64,000 nucleotides of DNA from Macrostomum hystrix (Eukaryota; Animalia; Platyhelminthes): positions 62,001 to 126,000 of the forward strand of contig CATNEN010000026.1 of NCBI GenBank assembly GCA_950097015.1, given 5' to 3'. Positions 12,165 to 23,957 of the stretch are shown here, piece by piece. Under the pieces are notes generated by a model. It worked only from the letters and a program-made list of their open reading frames with translations. It made no database searches and was not told the origin of the DNA. Positions within the stretch are counted from its first letter, which is position 1. Each line of letters opens with the position of its first letter. Both the position numbers and the translations under genes were made by a program.

Positions 12165-15100
12165 CTACAGCAGCCTCAAGATGGTGTAGGGCGCGTGGCC
12201 GACCTCGCCGACACAGTTTCGCAGCTGCCACCAGTTGCGCGAATCGTCCAGAACTTCGAGAATTTCGCCACGGCGCACAGACAGCTCCTTGGCGTTGCGG
12301 CCGGTCTTGTCGTGAATGGCCTGCACTAGGCGGCTGCCGCGCTGCTCGGCGTCGCGCCGCAGCTGAGCCTGCTGCTCGTCCCACAGGTGCTGCTGCTGCT
12401 GCTCCTCATGCTGATGTTGCTGATGACTTGGATAGTAACCAGCGCTAATTGGCTGCTGCTGCTGCTGCGGCGGCTGCGGCTGCGGCTGCTGCGGTCGCCT
12501 GTATTGCTGCTGCTGCTGCGGCTGCGGCGGCGGTGGCGGCGGGGCCACCGGAGGCGACGGACTGTCTGGCGGCGTCGGCGAAAATTGCCTAGCAGCCGCG
12601 GCGACGGCCGCAGCGTTTGCCACCGCTGCCAGCTGGCGACGGCGAAGGTCCTGGTCAGGGTGGGGTAGAAGATAAGGACGAGTTTTGACAGAATAAATAT
12701 ATTAATAATTTAACAGTTTTCAAACACCACCCATATTTTTCTTTCTTCCGAAATTATTCAACTAATAGCTACAAAAATGCAGAACACGGGCTAAAATTTT
12801 TCGTTACTGTCGATGGGTTGCGGGCTGCGACGCATCATTTTGGCAACTCGGAGCCAGCGAAGAGACCGATTCCGCCCATTTCACTGACTCTTGAGCAGAC
12901 ACGCCAACATCTGGCCGTGGCCCTCGAGGTCGTGAATTGCCTCCAAGCCTTCTCCTTCCGCGGCTGCGCCCCAAACGAATGTGGCCTCACCGCGAATTCG
13001 AGCTCAGGAACCTTGGTGCGTGTTCATCTGCTTAGGCGGCTCACCTGCTGTTGCTGATTAGCTAGGGCGGCTTCCAGCTGACTAACTGGTCGCTGCTGCT
13101 GTTGATGATAGCGCGGCTGTGGCTGTGACATCGGCGGTGGCGGAGGCGGCGGTGGCGGAGGCGGCGGCGGCGGAGGTGGCGGAGGCGACGGCGGCCTTTG
13201 CACTGAGCGGCGGAACAGCATGGAAGGCGGCGGGTCGTCTTGGTCGACGGAGTCGAAGGTGGCAATCTGGTCCGGGACGATCACCGCGTCTATCGGGCGC
13301 GGCTTGCGGTACTGGTGCGCCTGGTAGGCGCCGTTGCTATGGCGACCGACACCGCCAGAGGGTATCTGGGCCGGCTGAGACGAAAATAGCGCGAGTGTTT
13401 TTTTTCTTCTTCTTTAAAAGGCATCGATTTCTTAGAAACAAATATAAATATAAAGTAAGCAGGAACGGACACCTTTAAGTTGCTATCATTTCCCCGAAAA
13501 ATCCAAAAGCAATAAAAAATCAAGTTAGAAAAAACTCTACTGAATTCCGAACTTTATGCAATCAATCGAACCAAGAAAGATATGACAAAGGTAAGGCCCA
13601 TGCGTGCAAAGCAAATGTTGCTCACTACTTAACTGATGCCCTTATCAGCTCTGCTCAACTGCCGTTCCCCAATCAGCTCTGCTCAACTGCCATTCTCTTA
13701 TCAGCTCTGCTCAACTGCCATTCTCTTATCAGCTCTGCTCAACTGCCATTCCCCAATCAGCTCTGCTCAACTGCCATTCTCTTATCAGCTCTGCTCAACT
13801 GCCATTCTCTTATCAGCTCTGCTCAACTGCCGTTCCCAAATCAGCTCTGCTCAACTGCCATTCTCTTATCAGCTCTGCTCAACTGCCATTCTCTTATCAG
13901 CTCTGCTCAACTGCCATTCCCCAATCAGCTCTGCTCAACTGCCATTCTCTTATCAGCTCTGCTCAACTGCCATTCTCTTATCAGCTCTGCTCAACTGCCA
14001 TTCTCTTATCAGCTCTGCTCAACTGCCATTCAGAATTATTGTGTTTCATAATTTTGAAAGGAAATAAAAATGATGAAATTTATACGTTTAATAAAAGTGG
14101 TACGCGTCATAGACCTTGAAATTTAATTTAGGTAAGGTTTTATGGATTTCGAATAGATAGTTAAATTATTGAGTAAGTTCAGAGTTTTCAGCACGAAACA
14201 TGGTCGCTGCCCCTGGTGTCTTCTTGATAAATTCAATATCGAACTATCTGACCTGAAAGCGAAATTTAGCCAAAAAGGGAAAAAAAGTATTTTAAATAAA
14301 TGCCTTTACATATAGAAAATTAATCGAAGGAGAGATGGAACCAAGTAAACTCAAGGTTTAACCACGTGACTCGAGTTGAATCACGTGACTCAAGGTGACT
14401 CACGTGACTCTAGATGAATCACGTGACTCAAGATGACTCACGTGACTCAAGATGAATCACGTGACTCGAGATGAATCACGTGACTCAAGATGAATCACGT
14501 GACTCAAGGTTTAACCACGTGACTCGAGTTCAATCACGTGACTCGAGATGAATCACGTGACTCAAGATGAATCACGTGACTCAAGATGAATCACGTGACT
14601 CAAGGTTTAACCACGTGACTCGAGATGAATCACGTGACTCAAGGTGACTCACGTGACTCTAGATGAATCACGTGACTCTAGATGAATCACGTGACTCAAG
14701 ATGAATCACGTGACTCAAGATGAATCACGTGACTCAATGAGGTGAATCGCAAAACATTTGACGAAAAAGAAAACGTGAAAAAGGAATATCACGTGACTGT
14801 CTACATCAAATCAAGGCCAGCCACTTACCCTCGGCGTTTGAAACAGTGGCGAGTGATGTGCGCTGGCGCTTGGTCCGGTGGCCTCCTCTTGACCAAGAAG
14901 CTCCGGGTCGAGGTGCGGCTCCCAGCCGTCCTAGAAGATAGAAAATAAAAAAGTAGAGGATTCGGGACACTCCCTGTAGGATGAATCCTGAAAGTCCCAA
15001 AAGGATTGAAGGGAAATCTCACGTAAGAAGGAAGGAAATACCCCTTATGAAAAAAGTAAATCCTTGTTAGAATGTAGACTAGGTAAATCTCCTGTAGGAA

Positions 15101-18100
15101 TGAAGGTGAATCCCCTGTAGGAGCAAAGAAAAATCCCGTGAGAAATTAAGGGAAATGCCACATAGAAGTAAAGGGAAATCCCAAGAAACAACGAAGGGAA
15201 ATCTCCAGAAACAAAGAAGGGAAATCTCCAGAAACAAAGAAGGGAAATCCCTAAAAACAATGAAGGGTAACCCCCAATCGAAGGAAAATCCAAATTTAGA
15301 ACGAATGGAAACCACCTATAGGATTGAAGGGAAATCCCTAAAGTATTGCTGGGAAGCCTCACCTGGAAGAAGAGCCGATAGTCGGGCACCTGGTCAGGCC
15401 TTCCGTCCTCCTGAAGCCAGCGCTGCCGGTGACAGGTCCAAGACGGCCCTAGCGAATACCAGAGTTCCGATTCACGCGAACTCAAACAGTGCTTGAGCAG
15501 TGCGATGGCCTGACGAGTTAGCAGCGGGGATAGAACTCTGGCCGGCAAGTCGACTCCGCCAAGCGAGTCAATCATCATTGTCAGCGGTGTGAACAGGAAG
15601 TGAACAAGTTCAGGCGCGTTCGGCTGATGAATTTTTCCCTCCAATTGGCCAAGCAGATTTAGCGCCACCTTCAGCTTCTTCAGTGTGTCTACAAACTGTT
15701 CGGTTGGGGGCATTCTTGCCCGCATCTGCAGCAGGCCGCGGCTCTGCGTTGTGCCAGACTGAAATTGCAGCAAATTTGCAGGATCAATCGAATTCTTAAT
15801 TACTCAGAAGACAAGAAAAATTGAAAAGCGTTCAGGATTTAAAGGGAATCCCCTATAGGATTATGAGGGAATTTCATGAAGGATTGTGAAGGAATCGCCT
15901 AAAGAATCTTGTGAGGGAATCCCCAAAAAGGTTGAGAGGGAATCCCCAGAAGGATCTTGTGAGGGAATCGCCTGAAGGATCTTGTGAGGGAATCGCCTGA
16001 AGGATCTTGTGAGGGAATCGCCTTAAGGATCTTTTAAGGGAATTCCTTGAAGGATCTTGTGAGGGAATCGCCTGAAGGATCTTGTGAGGGAATCGCCTGA
16101 AGGATATTGTGAGGGAATCGCCTGAAGGATCTTGTGAGGGAATCGCCTGAAGGATCTTGTGAGGGAATCGCCTTAAGGATCTTTTAAGGGAATTCCTTGA
16201 AGGATCTTGTGAGGGAATCGCCTGAAGGATCTTGTGAGGGAATCGCCTGAAGGATCTTGTGAGGGAATCGCCTGAAGGATCTTGTGAGGGAATCCCCAGA
16301 AGGATCTTGTGAGGGAATCGCCTGAAGGATTTTGTGAGAGAATCCCCAGAAGGATCTTGTGAGGGAATCGCCTGAAGAATCTTGTGAGGGAATCCCCTGA
16401 AGGATCTTGTGAGGGAATCGCCTGAAGGATCTTGTGAGGGAATCGCCTGAAGAATCTTGTGAGGGAATCGCCTGAAGGATCTTGTGAGGGAATCGCCAGA
16501 AGGTTCTTGTAAGGGTATCCACAAAAGGATTTTGAGGGAAACCACTTAAGGATCTTGAAGGGAATCGCCTGAAGGACAATGAGGGTATTGCCTAAAAAAC
16601 ATGCGGGAACGAACATGACAGAATCGCCTGAAGGACCGTGAGGGAATCGCTTGAAGGACCGTGAAAGAATCGCCTGAAGGAACATGACGGAATCGCCTGA
16701 AGGAGACATGGGGAATCGCCTGAAGGAGACATGGGGAATCGCCTGAAGGAGACATGGGGAATCGCCTGAAGGACCGTGAAAGAATCGCCTGAAGGAACAT
16801 GACGAAATCGCCTGAAGAACTTTGTGAGTAAATCCGCCGAAGAACCGCATAGAAACGCTTATTGAAAGACGCACGAACGGAATCGTACGAATGACCAAAT
16901 GGAATCGTCAAAAGGATTAAACAGAACAGTCTGTTATTATCTAAGCCAGCTGACAACATTCCAAGGCGCAAATCTTATAGGGGCATTGCTACTTTATATA
17001 ACAATACACCCAACACATTACAGAGTAAAATGTTAGATAAAGCGCGACTTATATACTCAACTCTAATAAATTACAGCATAGCAGTAATCAAATAAGCATA
17101 TTATTTAACTAGGAATAATCATTGGAGAATAGTGCTAATTATCACTTTATCACAGAATTTATAAATTTGATAATTTATAATTGATCATTTTTCTGTTACA
17201 AATTTGTACATTCATTTAAACCGATAGGTTTAAGGCAATAGAAGACAACAAAAAAGCATTAAAATAAAAGCGATTCTATCATAATGTTTCTAAAGTTGTG
17301 TTCTAACTAATAACATGCATTATTAAAGTTCAGCTTTAGCTTACCTTGTTTGACAATGACTAAAATGAAAAAAAAAAGATGGACAATACTCAGAATGGAT
17401 ACTCTAAAACTCAGAATCGACATTCTAAAACTCTGGATCGACATTCTAAAACTCAGAATCGACATTCTAAAACTTTGGATCGACATCCTAAAACTTTGGA
17501 TCGACATTCTAACACTCAGGATCGACATTCTAAAACTCAGGATCAACATTCTAAAACTCAGGATCGACATTCTAAATCTCAGGATCAACATTCTAAAACT
17601 CAGGATCGACATTCTAAAACTCAGGATCAACATTCTAAAACTCAGGATCGACATTCTAAATCTCAGGATCAACATTCTAAAACTTTGGATCAACATTCTA
17701 AAACTCAGGATCGACATTCTAAAACTTTGGATCGACATTCTAAAACTCAGGATCGACATTCTAAAACTTTGGATCGACATTCTCAAACTTTGGATCGACA
17801 TTCTAAAACTCAGGATCGACATTCTCAAACTTTGGATCGACATTCTAAAACTCAGGATCGACATTCTAAAACTCAGGATCAACATTCTAAAACTTTGGAT
17901 CGACATTCTAAAACTTTGGATCGACATTCTAAAACTCAGGATCGACATTCTAAAACTTTGGATCGACATTCTAAAACTTTGGATCGACATTCTAAAACTC
18001 AGGATCGACATTCCAAAATTTTGGATCGACATCCTAAAACTTTGGATCAACATTCTAAAACTCAGGATCGAAATTCTAAAACTCAGAATCGACATTCAAA

Positions 18101-21100
18101 AACTCAGAATCCACATTCAAAAACCCAGAATCGACATTCTAAAACTCAGAATCGACATTCTAAAACTTTGGATCGACATTCTAAAACTCAGGATCGACAT
18201 TCTAAAACTCAGGATCAACATTCTAAAACTCAGGATCGACATTCTAAATCTCAGGATCAACATTCTAAAACTTTGGATCCACATTCTAAAACTCAGGATC
18301 AACATTCTCAAACTTTGGATCGACATTCTAAAACTCAGGATCGACATTCTAAAACTCAGAATCGACATTCTAAAACTTTGGATCGACATTCTTAAAACTC
18401 AGGATCAACATTCTAAAACTTTCAATCGACATCCTAAAACTCAGGATCGACATTCTAAAACTCAGGATCGACATTCTAAAACTTTGGATCGACATTCTAA
18501 AACTCAGGATCGACATTCTCAAACTTTGGATCGACATTCGAAAACTTTGGATCGATATTCTAAAACTTTGGATCAACATTCTAAAACTCAGGATCGACAT
18601 TCTAAGACTTTGGATCGACATTCTAAAACTCAGGATCGACATTCTCAAACTCAGGATCAACATTCTAAAACTCAGGATCGAAATTCTAAAACTCAGAATC
18701 GACATTCTAAAACTCAGAATCCACATTCTAAAACTCAGAATCGACATTCTAAAACTCAGAATCGACATTCTAAAACTTTGGATCGACATTCTAAAACTCA
18801 GGATCGACATTCTAAAACTCAGGATCAACATTCTAAAACTCAGGATCGACATTCTAAAACTTTGGATCGACATTCTTAAAACTCAGGATCAACATTCTAA
18901 AACTTTCAATCGACATCCTAAAACTCAGGATCGACATTCTAAAACTCAGGATCGACATTCTAAAACTTTGGATCGACATTCTCAAACTTTGGATCGACAT
19001 TCGAAAACTTTGGATCGATATTCTAAAACTTTGGATCAACATTCTAAAACTCAGGATCGACATTCTAAGACTTTGGATCGACATTCTAAAACTCAGGATC
19101 GACATTCTCAAACTCAGGATCGACATTCTAAGACTTTGGATCGACATTCTAAAACTCAGGATCGACATTCTCAAACTCAGGATCGACATTCTAAAACTCA
19201 GGATCGACATTCTAAAACTTTGGATCGACATTCTAAAACTTTGGATCGACATTCTAAAACTCAGGATCGACATTCTCAAACTTTGGATCGACATTCGAAA
19301 ACTTTGGATCGATATTCTAAAACTTTGGATCAACATTCTAAAACTCAGGATCGACATTCTAAGACTTTGGATCGACATTCTAAAACTCAGGATCGACATT
19401 CTCAAACTCAGGATCGACATTCTAAGACTTTGGATCGACATTCTAAAACTCAGGATCGACATTCTCAAACTCAGGATCGACATTCTAAAACTCAGGATCG
19501 ACATTCTAAAACTTTGGATCGACATTCTAAAACTTTGGATCGACATTCTAAAACTCAGGATCGACATTCTCAAACTTTGGATCGACATTCGAAAACTTTG
19601 GATCGATATTCTAAAACTTTGGATCAACATACTAAAACTCAGGATCGACATTCTATGACTTTGGATCGACATTCTAAAACTCAGGATCGACATTCTCAAA
19701 CTCAGGATCGACATTCTAAAACTTTAGATCGACATTCTAAAACTCAGGATCAACATTCTAAAACTCAGGATCGAAATTCTAAAACTCAGAATCGACATTC
19801 TAAAACTCAGAATCCACATTCTAAAACTCAGAATCGACATTCTAAAACTCAGAATCGACATTCTGAAACTTTGGATCGACATTCTAAAACTCAGGATCGA
19901 CATTCTAAAACTCAGGATCAACATTCTAAAACTCAGGATCGACATTCTAAAACTTTGGATCGACATTCTTAAAACTCAGGATCAACATTCTAAAACTTTC
20001 AATCGACATCCTAAAACTCAGGATCGACATTCTAAAACTCAGGATCGACATTCTAAAACTTTGGATCGACATTCTAAAACTTTGGATCGACATTCTAAAA
20101 CTCAGGATCGACATTCTCAAACTTTGGATCGACATTCTGAAACTGTGGATCGACATTCTAAAACTCAGGATCGACATTCTAAAACTCAGGATCAACATTC
20201 TAAAACTCAGGATCGACATTCTTAAAACTCAGGATCAACATTCTAAAACTTTCAATCGACATCCTAAAACTCAGGATCGACATTCTAAAACTCAGGATCG
20301 ACATTCTAAAACTTTGGATCGACATTCTAAAACTTTGGATCGACATTCTAAAACTCAGGATCGACATTCTCAAACTTTGGATCGACATTCGAAAACTTTG
20401 GATCGATATTCTAAAACTTTGGATCAACATTCTAAAACTCAGGATCGACATTCTAAGACTTTGGATCGACATTCTAAAACTCAGGATCGACATTCTCAAA
20501 CTCAGGATCGACATTCTAAAACTCAGAATCGACATTCTAAAACTTTGGATCAACATTCTAAAACTCAGGATCGACATTCTAAAACTCAGGATCGACATTC
20601 AAAAACTTTGGATCAACATTCTAAAACTCAGGATCGACATTCTAAAACTTTGGATCGACATTCTAAAACTTTGAATCAACATTCTAAAACTCAGGATCGA
20701 CATTCAAAAACTCAGGATCGACATTCTAAAATTCAGGCTCGACATTCTAAAATTCAGGATCGACATTCTCAAATTCAGGATCGACATTCTCAAACTCAGG
20801 ATCGACATTCTCAAACTCAGGATCGACATTCTAAAACTCAGGATCGACATTCTAAAACTCAGGATCGACACTCTAAAACTCAGGATCGACATTCTAAAAC
20901 TCAGGATCGACACTCTAAAACTCAGGATCGACACTCTAAAACTTTGGATCGACACTCTAAAACTTTGGATCGACACTCTAAAACTCAGGGTCGACATTCT
21001 AAAACTCAGGATCGACACTCTAAAACTCAGGATCGATATTCTAAAACTCAGGATCGACATTCTAAAACTCAGGATCGACACTCTAAAACTTTGGATCGAC

Positions 21101-22270
21101 ATTCTAAAACTTTGGATCGACACTCTAAAACTCAGGATCGACATTCTAAAACTCAGGATCGACACTCAAAAACTCAGGATCGACATTCTAAAACTCAGGA
21201 TCGACATTCTAAAACTCAGGATCGACACTCTAAAACGTTGGATCGACACTCTAAAACTCAGGATCGACATTCTAAAACTCAGGATCGACATTCTAAAACT
21301 CAGGATCGACATTCTAAAACTTTGGATCAACATTCTAAAACTCAGGATCGACATTCTAAAACTTTGGATCGACACTCTAAAACTCAGGATCGACATTCTA
21401 AAACTCAGGATCGACATTCTAAAACTCAGAATCGACATTCTAAAACTTTGGATCGACATCCTAAAACTTTGGATCGACATTCTAAAACTCAGGATCGACA
21501 TTCTAAAACTCAGGATCGACATTCTAAAACTTTGGATCAACATTCTAAAACTCGGCACCCACCTGAAGCAGTTGGCGAGCTCGACCGGCCTCGCCGACTC
21601 TGCCAACGAAGGCTTCGATCTCGTCGAAGCAGCGGTTCAGAATGTGCACCAGCCGCTCGGAGTCCTGATCCGGACCGCCGCCGCCGGAGTTGCCAAGCGG
21701 AGCCAGTCGAGACTCGGTCGGGGCAAAATTTCTGCCGGGCTGCAGATTGTGATGCTGCGGACCCGGTGGAGCGGTGCCGGCGCCCACAGCCGTCAGGCGC
21801 TCGCCCTGCAGCAGCTGGTGAATCTCCTTGGCGATGCGAGAAGCCGGCGCTGTTGACTGAGGACAATGGAACAGGTGCATCTCCCAGGTGCCGCCTGGTT
21901 CTTCAACGCTGAATATCAAGATGCTGTCGTAGCCGCGAGGTCCGCCGCCTTCGTATGCCACGGGTTGGCGCGTCTGGACCAATGGGAACTTTTCCATTAG
22001 TACGCCATTGCGCCTGTCGACAATCTCCAACGCGGATTGAGTCAGCCGCAGGCAGCACTGCATCTCCCATAGGCCGGTGCTGGCCTCCATCTGTTGAAGC
22101 TTGTGCAGGCCTTCCTCCGGGTTGAGGCGGCTGGCTTGGCCCGATGTGAAACTGGCCAGGTGTAACAGGTCGTATTCGCGAAGCGGCCTCTGCTGCTGCA
22201 GCTGCTGCGGCTGCTGCTGCGGCTGCGGCTCCGGCTGTCGGGCATACATTCTAAAATTTCCGTTCATCAT
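12165..22270 (-). CDS. EPS8: EPS8-family EGFR-pathway adaptor (PTB domain, EGFR-binding region, Pro-rich linker, SH3). Exons 22270-21563, 15758-15363, 14930-14829, 13374-13045, 12650-12165; ~673 aa.
   Basis: PTB segment (YDLLHLASF...EMHLFHC), ILNRCFDEIEAFV...RARMPP...PNAPELVHFLFTPL and SH3 RNAKELSVRRGEILEVLDDSRNWWQLRN. Every junction is phase 0 with GT-AG. Confidence 0.92.
13645..14030. repeat. 28-bp tandem array (TCAGCTCTGCTCAACTGCCATTCTCTTA) in an EPS8 intron
   Basis: ~14 copies; period 28. Confidence 0.93.
14355..14737. repeat. 19-bp tandem array (TCACGTGACTCAAGATGAA) in an EPS8 intron
   Basis: 20 CACGTG cores counted. Confidence 0.93.
15880..16830. repeat. 25-bp tandem array (GAGGGAATCGCCTGAAGGATCTTGT) that degenerates into shorter variants, in EPS8 intron 1
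   Basis: Period 25 measured at 16201 and 16226. It produces the spurious ORFs at 15874-16971. Confidence 0.92.
17390..21552. repeat. 4.2-kb 21-bp satellite (GATCGACATTCTAAAACTCAG/TTG) in EPS8 intron 1
   Basis: ~200 copies. It produces all the TQDRHSK, MSILSFR and LRIDILK ORFs. Confidence 0.97.
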
Positions 22271-22959
22271 CCTGTGCCCTGATTTTGATGACCTGAAAAT
22301 CACTAAATTTATTGAAGTAATATTTTGCAAAGTAGCACAGTTAGATTTTTTGTATTTGCGTTTTTTTAAAGCAAGTTCTCGGGTTGAATTTTTGAAAGTT
22401 GAAAATTAGCATGACATTTTAATAGAGAGACATGCGCGTCCTATAAGGGCGTTGGCCCAAAAGCTGACAGACAGAAATTGAAAAGCTAAATTCAGACAAA
22501 ATGTGCGGCTAGGAAAGGAAAGAGAATGAGAGGTCGGAGCGCTGAGCACACTTTGGGTGGGTGGGGGCAGTGTTTGGTTGTGGAGCGCTGAAAAACTGCT
22601 CAAAGAGATTTCACGAAGAGCATCATATAAACAGTGCTAATAATGAATAGACAAAATAGAATATAGTCTTATTATATGGGCCAAGGCCAGAAATGTGCCA
22701 GTACGAGCTTATAGCACGATAAAAGAGGCCAAAGTAAACGCCCTCGCTTAAATTTCTTTTATGAGAGACGCTTGAGTAGAGATGCGCCATTCATGTCCCA
22801 AGCCTTCCACCTAGGCGGAGGACAATCTCAACTAACTAGCTCATGGAGGCTGCAAATAATTATTCTACATCTTCTTAATAATAACAATAAACACAATGAA
22901 GCTGCGTAGGCGAGAAACTCGAGAAAATAATTAGCGAACTCAGCTACTGACAGTAAGAA

Positions 22960-23091
22960 TATGTGCGTTTTCTTACAAAAAAGCTGCGATATGCATCAAA
23001 GTATCTTGCTCAAGGACACGAATCGCTTCCATTGGGCTGAGATTCGAACTCCCGACCTCTCGGCCAGACGCCCACAGGACTACAAGCTCCC
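22960..23091 (-). mobile_element. Truncated tRNA-derived SINE
   Basis: The minus strand has a tRNA-like head with B-box AGTTCGAATC, followed by the core GTGTCCTTGAGCAAGATACTT, which resembles the SINE at 29.4 kb. Confidence 0.65.
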
Positions 23092-23218
23092 AATTCTGGC
23101 AAACCTAACTCTGGTTAAGAGTATCGAACTATTGTTGTTATTCGATACAGGATTTGGTGGCAGGTAAAGCTAGATAATGATTCTCAAAATTTACTAAGTC
23201 ACTAAGTAGAATTTTTTT

Positions 23219-23399
23219 GGTCTACGACAATTGACTGGCACAATTTTACTGGGGACAAAAAACTGTGGTAAAAAAATAACGTTTCGAAAATTAAGCAAGC
23301 TTTCACTATTGTCTTAAGTCTTTTGTCCACAGTCAAATTGTTCAGCAGTCAAATTGACCGCAGTCAGCAGTCAATGTGCCAGTCGATTGTCGCGTGTCG
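23219..23399. mobile_element. Short MITE, possibly Mutator-like
   Basis: Inverted repeat CGACAATTGACTGGCACA (23225-23242) versus 23375-23392 matches 17/18. Internal CAGTCAAATTG repeats. Flanks AATTTTTTT and AATTTTTTA could be a 9-bp TSD, but they are low complexity. Confidence 0.55.
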
Positions 23400-23957
23400 A
23401 ATTTTTTAATTCAAAAGAGCAGCATGATACTAGGCTATAGTTGGCAGTTGTGTCGGGGTCACATTTGTGGTGCATTTTGTATTTTCTATCGTGTCATTTC
23501 ACGCACTCTGATGTGTTCTGCAGTCGGCCGCAGTTGAAAACACGTGCACCCGATAGCTTTAAACACGAGGAAAGCTTGCGCTCGCGCTAAAGAAGCATTT
23601 AGATGCTGGATAAATGGATGTGGCTAAAGACCGTGGCGCGGACTGCGAAGTAAGAACTCTAGAAAACAGAGCTCAAAATTGAGCATAGCAGCAACAACAA
23701 TAGAGCAATAAAATGAGTAGATCTGCAGCCCGGGGTGGCGTGCCAGGGCCATTGTTTATGAACCCACCAAACCCCATTTCGGCAGCATCGGCCGATGCTT
23801 AGTCTTGGTCTTAAGAAGACTCGATGCACAAAAGATGTTATGAATATAAGAATGAAATGGAAGGAGAGAAAACTAAAATAGAAAAGGCTGTTTTGATTTG
23901 AGCGCGGACCAAGCAAACAACGAAACTGCAAATCTATTGGTCTCAGTTGACACCTGG

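Noticed and set aside
17307-21912. Very long ORFs (up to 532 aa) of TQDRHSK, MSILSFR and LRIDILK repeats
   Set aside because: They are translations of a 21-bp satellite that is open in several frames on both strands and lies inside a well-supported EPS8 intron.
22246-22255. CATTCTAAAA in EPS8 exon 1 matching the 21-bp satellite unit, as its possible seed
   Set aside because: A 10-bp AT-rich match is expected by chance.
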